A DNA stretch of 64,000 nt, taken from contig JANHCV010000007.1 in assembly GCA_025594325.1 (NCBI GenBank), positions 558,001 through 622,000 on the forward strand, given 5' to 3'. Every line of letters starts with the position of its first letter. Position 1 is the first letter of the stretch. The notes beneath the pieces were generated by a model. It had not been told where the DNA came from, made no database searches, and was given only the letters and a program-made list of their open reading frames with translations. This DNA comes from Blastocladiella emersonii ATCC 22665. Taxonomy: Eukaryota; Fungi; Blastocladiomycota. Position numbers and translations under genes: made by a program. This document shows positions 57,103 to 64,000 of this stretch, piece after piece.

Positions 57103-59611
57103 ATGGGCTTCCGTCGCGGGCTCAAGATCTTTGTCGGCCACGTCGGCGTTGGGGTCGTCGCGCCGGCTGGACCGCACCTCCTCGCGAAGAAGTACGTCCG
57201 CGCTTCTCTCACCCCATCTCGCCCGATCCGGTCGAGCGGCACCGTTGCCGTACCAGCGGTGGTGATGGTCGCTCTCGGATGGTGGCGCAGCGCGCTCATT
57301 CCGTGTGGCGGTCACACGCGTCGGTCGCCGCTCTCGCCACCTCTACCACTCCCGATCCGCTCACCCACCACGATGAATCACTAATGGACTCCATGCAACG
57401 TCTTCCAGGCCCATCCGCGCAACCTTCCCGCGCAACCATGTCGCCACCGCCGCCGTCACGGAGGTGACCCGCAAGGCCGCCATCCTCGCCGCCGACTCGG
57501 GCGTCTTCGCCAACAACAGCTCAACGGACCTCCTCGACAAGGCGCTCGTCGAGCACGAGCCCTGCGCCGACGCCTCGACCGCCGCTGAGGCCGAGCCGTT
57601 CGACCCCGAGTTCCCGTCCGAGATCTTCGAGGGCCTCATCGAGGCCGTCAAGTCGACCTACACTTCGTTCGAGAACATGATCGAGGCCAAGACCGCGAGG
57701 TACATCTCCTTCATAACTCGCAGGGGCGGACATTCGCTGACGTGGGCGATCCTCGCGTGTAGCCTCCCCAAGTTCCCGATCGTTTGCACCGTCACTGCCA
57801 GCATCCAGCCCAAGCCCAAGTTGCGCAAGGCCGCCAAGCGCACCACGGCGGCGGTTCCCACGCTGGACTCGATCCTCGAGGAGGCTGAGGAGCTGGGCGA
57901 GCCTTTGAGGTACGCGTTGTGAGTCGACCAACCACACCCTTGATCGCTGACTTGTGCAAACGTGTAGCTGCCCTTTCGAGCTCTCGATTGTCGACGACGC
58001 CAACGTCGACGCGCAGACTAAGCCCGAGACGATCATCATGGCCGACTGCACCACGACCGCGACCGCGACTCTCGCGCCGCTCTCGCTTGCCGAGCTGATC
58101 CAGGAGGCCGCTGACTTCATCGAGCCATCGAGGTGCGTCAGCTTCGATGTCGACCAGCGACGACCACGGCACTGACGCTCTGCCCTCGTGCTTGCATTAG
58201 CCTCAAGCGCCTGATCAAGATCTGCGCCGATGGCGAGTGGGTGCCCAACAAGTACACGGCCGCCAAGCTCGTCATGTTTGAGCTCCGGCTGGAGTCGATC
58301 CCCGAGGTGGACGAGCCCACGCCCGAGGAGGCCAACCAGGTTTCGGGGTACGTTTCTCGGCTTGATCGTCGTGATCCACGTTCGCTAACCCGAGTGAGCG
58401 TAACGTGTAGCCACGTCGAGCACCCATCCAGCGCTCTCAAGTCAATCGCGACGGTTCCCGCGCAGTTCGTGGACTCGGTGTACCCGATGGAGTCGTCGCT
58501 CGCTGAGGTCGCTCAGTCCCCTCGGTACGCCTCCGTTGCCTTAACTCGATGGGTCGAACGCGATGCTGACCGACTCGGCGATGTAGTGACATCGAGCGTC
58601 GCGCCGCCGAGACCAAGGCCGACGAGCAGGAGCAGGAGCAGCACACGTCGTCGATGCGCGGCGAGGGCTTGCCCATAGCCCCCAAGCTTCCCGCTGCTCC
58701 TGCCAGCGCGATCAAGATCGAGATCAAGTCGTCCGAGATCCACCTGACGGCCAGCACCACCGACACGACCGTCAACGCTGACGCCACATTCGCCGACGTC
58801 TGTGGGGCTTCTGCACCCACGCGTCGGGCGGCTGATGCCGAGGCGGTCGGGCCGGCACTCGCCGACGTCGCCTTCGCTCAAGGTCGCGAGGCTTCGGTAC
58901 TCGCGCGCGGGGCGGCGGCGCACGCAGTGTCGGCCACGTCGGCCGTCGTTGCTGAAGTCAAGGAGATGTACGTTGCTCCGCGTTCTCGCATGTATCGAGC
59001 GGGACTGACACGTCGCCGCCCGCTATCGTAGGGACATTGTCGAGTCGTGCGAGCTCGCCGTTCCAGACGGCGGTTCGTGTGACACGACGACGGCCATCAT
59101 CGCCGCGGTCCCGCAGCAGTGCGTCGTCGGTCGTCATCTGGCAGCGGAGCCGCTTGCGGTTGACGGCATTGCGACGTCGCCGCTCCATCGGCGGCTCCCT
59201 GTCCAGGCCGATGCATCGCTGCTGCCGGAAAGCGGCGAGGACAAGGACGGCAACTCGGTCCAGGAGCAGCAGCAGTCGGTCCAGGTCCAGGACCACCTCG
59301 ACTACCAGTCGGCCTTGCTCAAGGTCGACGCGCGTGTCGAGCCAGCGCAGCTCGAGGCAAGGTACGTTCGCTCGCCGCCGATTCGGACCTCTCCCCGTGG
59401 GCACCATCACTGACTTGACGCGCCCCCATAGCGCGTACTCAGCTCCTCGGCGGCTACCTCGTCCAAGGTCGCCGTGGTCGGCTCAGTCGCGCCCTCGCCC
59501 CAGGGGCGACGCGAGCACGGCAAGCCGATGGGTGTCAAGAAGCCGCAGTGGATCCGCAAGCTCTGCGCGCGCATCGCCGCGGTCCGCGCGTGGTTCGTGG
59601 CCTCCCCCTAG
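57103..59611 (+). CDS. Intron-rich orphan protein (acidic, Ala/Glu-rich)
   Basis: A chain of short coding blocks separated by GTAC/GTGC...TAG introns, from MGFRRGLKIF to ...KKPQWIRKLCARIAAVRAWFVASP*. Not all junctions were verified. Confidence 0.5.
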
Positions 59612-59879
59612 ATTTGTTTCTTCCTCCTTCCCTCATTTTGTTGTTCGTCGGTGCTGTGAACTCCGCGACGCCTCGTGGCGGCGAGGACCGTCCGGGTTTC
59701 GTGGTTTCGACGCCAGTTTTTAGTCATAGAAATACGGTTTACCCTCGACACACACATATGGGCGTTCGCGACTAGAACGTCATTTGTTTCATGTCTCACG
59801 TGAGTGGCGCGGCGCGTCCAGTACCTCCGAGCCGAGTCATTTGCAAAGAACGAATCAATTGAGAGGAAATACATTGTAA

Positions 59880-62216
59880 TCAGGACCGAAGAGGCTTGAA
59901 GGGCGCGAAACCCGCGAGGCGCTTGGCGTACTCGGCCGACGCCGTGGTCTTGGGCGCGACGCGCTGCAGCTCGCGAATCACCTCGCGTGCGTCCTGCGTG
60001 TCGTTAAGCTGGTCATAGTACCCACGCTCCAATTCTGCGATCCACGACGCGTTGCGAACACCGTCGAGGACACCATCCGAGAGTAGCTTCCAAAAGCCGG
60101 CCGGGATGACTGCTTCTGGCGCAAAGAATTCAAGCACGGTGGCGAGGTCAGCCGCTGCAAGTCGGACAATGAGCTCGCGTAGAGGCTCCTCGATATCGAG
60201 GGTCCCAGAGCATTGACATAGCGTGAAGGTGCTCGAAGGAGGAAGGAATTCCTTTGTGCCTCCAAAGTACGCGAACATCGTCGTCAACTTCTTGGCAAAG
60301 TGCGTGCTTGCCAAGCGTATGACCCTCGGACAGCGAAGCAGGTGCTCAAGGGCGTCGAACCATGAACGCTGAACGTGGAGCGGGCAGTTGGGACATGTCG
60401 TGCGCCCGTGGCCGATCGGAACAGTTGTTTTTGACAGGCTGGCTCTCAGCTGAGAGTGAATCATGAAGCTCAGAAACAGATGCGCCGAGCTGGTGTCAAC
60501 AAGATAGGACAGAGTGGCATCGCGCGTCTCGTTGTTGTTGAGCAAGGCGACTGGAAGCCATTGCAGATTCGCAAGGTCACTAGCATCGCACACGGTGCCA
60601 ATGATGTGCTGGAGCACAGGCACAGCGCATCGAAGCAGGGTAGTCGGGGGGATTGTGCTCGAATAATCAAACGCGTACGCCGTAAAGACACGCCAGTCAT
60701 TGTCTGTGCTGTGCACGATGTAGTTGCGCTCCAGCAAGTCAAGACTGTCGTTGCGTTGATCAGGACTGAGCGCGTGGAACAGATCCAATACCAGCTCGTC
60801 GAAATCCGTGCCAGTGGCGCCCTGCTCTGTCCAAAGTCGATGTGCGAGTTGAAGAACAAGTTTTGGCCCGTCCTTGAATCCGCTGTGTCTGCGGATACTA
60901 AGCTGGAATGCTACATGCAACATTGCGTCAAGCGCGAACTTGCCGTCCAAGTACTCGAGAATGGGTTCGAGAAGCCCTGACGTCGAAGCGTCTGTAAGAC
61001 TACGATAGATCAAGGTGGCGAAGCCCGTCTGGTCCAGAAATCCAAGCGTGTGGAGCGAGACAATCGTTGGCAGAGTCACGCAGTCCGCAGTCCAGCTCAA
61101 GATGGCATCGGAAACTGACCAATCGTGTGGCGCGAGGCAGCCCGACAGGCGATCAGCGTGGTGCTGGCCAGAGTTAATCAGGACGGCGGGTGTGCGGGCG
61201 TGAGCAAGATGGCGAATAGTCTCCGCGTTTGAAACCGGACCTCCGTGACTCCAGCAGTTGGTCAGCAACCAGTCAAGAACGCAGGCAATACTTTGATCGG
61301 GGCAACCAAAAGGGGTCAGAGTCTTGATGGCGTTGAGAACCTTGAGCGCAATGTGCCGATCGCAGAGGCGAGCCTTGAGCGAATCGAGGCGCACGAGCGA
61401 ATCGAGGCGCACACCATTGGGGTCTGGGAGCGCAAGGATAACGGCGAGAGCGTCCCAGTTCCAGTGCGCAACGGAGAGCAATCCAAGCATGTCACCGAAC
61501 GGCAGGGTGTTGATGGCGTCACTGGGATCGTGCTTGCTGAGGAAATAAGTTGGCAAGCACGACGGGAGCTCGGCGGTCATGTAAGTCCAGTTAGACCACG
61601 TCAACTCGGCCTGGAATAGCACAGGAGCCCGGGTCAACAAGGCAGACAGCAAGTATTGAAGTGGGCGCGCACGACGCTGGCAGATCGCAATCACAATCAG
61701 CTGCAAGATACCCCAATGCGGAGAATCTGTGTAGCGTAAGAGCTGGTTGGTTCTTTCGGCCAAAACGAGTTCTAGAAACAAAGTGTCGGTGACGACTTGG
61801 GCATCGGCGTCAGGAGACGTGAATTCCGGGCCCATGAGGTCGAGCATGTGGTCACCCAGCACGATAAAAAGTGAGGAAGTCGGTGCATGTACATGCGGTT
61901 TGGTTTCATCGTGTTGGCGCGAGCGCGCAATCAGATACGGTTGCTCAAGTACAGCACCCGAGTCGAGGCGGGGAACCGCCAAGTAGCTGTCGAGAAGGTC
62001 AAGGCGACAGCTTTGATCAAGGATCACCCGAATCCAAACACGTTTGGTGAGAGTCAACATGGCGGCGTCGGAGAGCTCGCGAGTGGCCGTGCAAAGAGCG
62101 CGACATGGGGCAGCGAGCTGGACGACATAAGCAAGAAGTTCCGCTGGGAGTCTCGTCAACGTCAAATTGATCCCAGGCACATCCCGCCTAGTTGATTGCA
62201 TCAAGTTTCGCTCCAT
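59880..62216 (-). CDS. Intronless F-box-like, Leu-rich helical protein (~780 aa)
   Basis: Long single ORF. N-terminal LTRLPAELLAYVVQLA is F-box-like. Lower GC and many A/T-ending codons. Confidence 0.65.
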   Translation of the reverse strand: MERNLMQSTRRDVPGINLTLTRLPAELLAYVVQLAAPCRALCTATRELSDAAMLTLTKRVWIRVILDQSCRLDLLDSYLAVPRLDSGAVLEQPYLIARSRQHDETKPHVHAPTSSLFIVLGDHMLDLMGPEFTSPDADAQVVTDTLFLELVLAERTNQLLRYTDSPHWGILQLIVIAICQRRARPLQYLLSALLTRAPVLFQAELTWSNWTYMTAELPSCLPTYFLSKHDPSDAINTLPFGDMLGLLSVAHWNWDALAVILALPDPNGVRLDSLVRLDSLKARLCDRHIALKVLNAIKTLTPFGCPDQSIACVLDWLLTNCWSHGGPVSNAETIRHLAHARTPAVLINSGQHHADRLSGCLAPHDWSVSDAILSWTADCVTLPTIVSLHTLGFLDQTGFATLIYRSLTDASTSGLLEPILEYLDGKFALDAMLHVAFQLSIRRHSGFKDGPKLVLQLAHRLWTEQGATGTDFDELVLDLFHALSPDQRNDSLDLLERNYIVHSTDNDWRVFTAYAFDYSSTIPPTTLLRCAVPVLQHIIGTVCDASDLANLQWLPVALLNNNETRDATLSYLVDTSSAHLFLSFMIHSQLRASLSKTTVPIGHGRTTCPNCPLHVQRSWFDALEHLLRCPRVIRLASTHFAKKLTTMFAYFGGTKEFLPPSSTFTLCQCSGTLDIEEPLRELIVRLAAADLATVLEFFAPEAVIPAGFWKLLSDGVLDGVRNASWIAELERGYYDQLNDTQDAREVIRELQRVAPKTTASAEYAKRLAGFAPFKPLRS

Positions 62217-62312
62217 GGTAGCCGATACATCGAGAGTTTTAGCGGGGTGAAGCAGTGAGCGCATCGGTCGTCGCTCGCTTGCCAGCCAGCCAGCGCCAGT
62301 CACCTGGCCTGT

Positions 62313-62339
62313 CACATGATTTCTCGACGCGTCTCGCAG
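62313..62339 (-). promoter_or_regulatory. Same upstream motif (right half) in front of the F-box-like gene
   Basis: + strand CACATGATTTCTCGACGCGTCTCGCAG, about 100 bp upstream of ATG 62216. Confidence 0.5.
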
Positions 62340-62409
62340 TTAATCTCGCTTGGTTGCATCCCGTCCGGCGCGTCGCGCGGCGGCTGGGAGTACTTTGGCG
62401 GGATCTCCG

Positions 62410-62824
62410 ATGTCGTCCGGCGGCTTCCGCGGCGGTCCGCCCGCAGGCGCCGGCGCGTCGCGCGGCGGTTCGCGCGGCGGCTGGGAGTACTATGGCGCGA
62501 TCCCATGCCCGATGCCGTCCGGTCTCTTCCGCGGCGGGCGGCCCACGGACGCCGGCGCGTCGGCCGCCGCGACCGCGGCCGAAAACCACGGCGACAGCGG
62601 CGCACCCCCCGCTCATGTACGCGTACGTGCGCCCGCCGTGCTGGAACTGCTGCGCGCCTGCCGGCTTCTTCGCTCCCGCGGCTGCCGCCGCCGAGTCGGT
62701 TGCTGCTCCTGGGGTACCCGGTGCTCGCGCGCGCGGCGGGGCGCCGCCGCCCCTGCAGAACTACAGCCCGTACGGCCCCGGCTACGGCTACGGCTACGGC
62801 TACCACGGTACTACGCAGTACTAA
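62410..62824 (+). CDS. Possible small Gly/Tyr-rich protein, needing a 1-nt correction in the C6 run at 62605-62610
   Basis: MSSGGFRGG... (frame of ORF 62350) links to ...PLMYAYVRPPC...YGYGYGYHGTTQY* (frame of ORF 62255) if one C is removed. Confidence 0.35.
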
Positions 62825-63424
62825 GGCGGGCGCGAGGCATCCGTCGGTGGGGCAGTGCTGCTGGTGCTGTCCAAGAGTTTGTTGTTGATTCCCTCCCCTT
62901 TTGTTTCTATCTGTCTTGTTGTCCTCGGAGTTGTCCTGTTGGTCCACAGCCTGTAAATTTCTCGTGACTCGTCCGTGTCCGTGTCCGTGTCCGCGTCCGC
63001 GTCAACGTTCCGCGTCAACGATCTCAAAGTGAAGAGAAGAACGAGCCGCGAGAGCCTCGTGGCCGTGGCCGTGGCCGTGCCGTGGCCCCTTTTGCCGTCA
63101 CGACCAGCTCGCTTCTGCACACGTCCACTGGAGAGGATGATCGCATATTGCGACTGCAACCCCATGCAGCTTCTCGGTCGTGCCGCGCGCACCCGAACGC
63201 GGCGTCGCCTTCAAATAGCGGTGCTCGATGAGGCCGAGTGGCGCGACGCGTCCGTCCATCAAGGGGACTGACCTGACGGCCAAGGTTGGCGCCGAGCGCT
63301 CCTCTCCCCGCTCTTCCTCGACCGACTCGACCATGCAACTTGATGCAAACAACTCATCGCATCCTTACTCAGACGTCAGAGATATTGGAACATGAGATAA
63401 AACTATATTGATCACCGAGCTGAA

Positions 63425-64000
63425 CTACTCCTCGTCGTCGAAGCTGGTCACCGAGGTGACGCCGCCGTTGCACGACCCGTTGTTGCCGCCACGGTTGCCG
63501 CCACGGTTTCCACCGCGGTTGCCGCCGTTGTTCCCACCCTGGTTGCCGTCGCGCTGGCCGCGGCCGCCGCGACCCGCACCGTTACCAGGCTGGCCGGCGC
63601 CGGGCTGGCCCTGACGCGGGTCGTTCGCACCGTTGCCGTTGCCGTTGCCGTTGCCAGGCTGGCGACCGTTGCCGTTACCCGCACCGTTTCCGGGCTGGCC
63701 AGCACCGGGCTGACCGGCGCCGGGCTGACCCTGGCGCGGGTCGTTGGCGCCGTTACCGTTCCCGGGCTGGCGACCGTTGCCGTTACCCGTACCGTTGCCA
63801 GGCTGGCCGCCGCGGCCGCCGCCGTTAGCGAGCGCCGGGTCCATGAACAGGAACTTGTTGGGGGTGCCGCGGAGGTTACCCTTGACGACGTCGGGGGTCG
63901 CGTCGGCGAGGAGCTTCTGCTGGGCCTGCTGCGCGCTCATACCCTGCGAGCGGAGCGCGGCGACGACGCCGGCGACGTGGGGCGTGGCCATGGAGGTGCC
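63425..64000 (-). CDS. Subtilisin-like (S8) serine protease, 3' end, with a Gly/Asn/Gln/Pro repeat tail
   Basis: Catalytic Ser motif GTSMATPHVAG at the window edge, and GTPNKFLF, typical of proteinase K-type C-termini. Confidence 0.9.
   Translation of the reverse strand, partial: GTSMATPHVAGVVAALRSQGMSAQQAQQKLLADATPDVVKGNLRGTPNKFLFMDPALANGGGRGGQPGNGTGNGNGRQPGNGNGANDPRQGQPGAGQPGAGQPGNGAGNGNGRQPGNGNGNGNGANDPRQGQPGAGQPGNGAGRGGRGQRDGNQGGNNGGNRGGNRGGNRGGNNGSCNGGVTSVTSFDDEE
63577..63815 (-). repeat. Duplicated coding block GNGNGRQPGNGNG..ANDPRQGQPGAGQPG
   Basis: Two near-identical copies in the protease tail. Confidence 0.85.

Overview
This is eukaryotic, GC-rich, gene-dense DNA with short spliceosomal introns of about 55-82 nt (GTACGC/GTGCGT donors, CTGAC/CTAAC branch sites, YAG acceptors). 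The gene set and style suggest an early-diverging zoosporic fungus such as a Blastocladiomycota member; this is inference. The window has two compartments. (1) About 1.3-25.9 kb is a lower-GC accessory island. It holds F-box-like orphan genes and a five-member family of two-exon genes. In these, a ~140-aa N-terminal module (F-box-like helices plus two degenerate ankyrin-like repeats) is joined by a conserved phase-0 intron to a ~400-aa RNI-like leucine-rich-repeat domain. The ORF track splits each gene in two. Three copies are intact and one has an internal deletion. The fifth is split by a 3,554-bp CACTA/CMC-like DNA transposon with CACAGTGAA termini, a TCG target duplication and CAAAG-N3-CTTTG subterminal dyads. 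All five share a conserved upstream motif. (2) About 26-52 kb is a compact housekeeping block: cofactor-independent PGM, histidine phosphatase, Yak1, CCT3, mitochondrial L27, RUS1, Paf1, a PPR protein, Nta1 and a PHOSPHO-like HAD phosphatase. It is followed by a DsbA-like gene, orphan genes, another F-box-like gene and the 3' end of a subtilisin with a G/N/Q/P repeat tail. I saw no rRNA, tRNA or CRISPR features. All homology calls come from motif recognition by eye, with no database searches.
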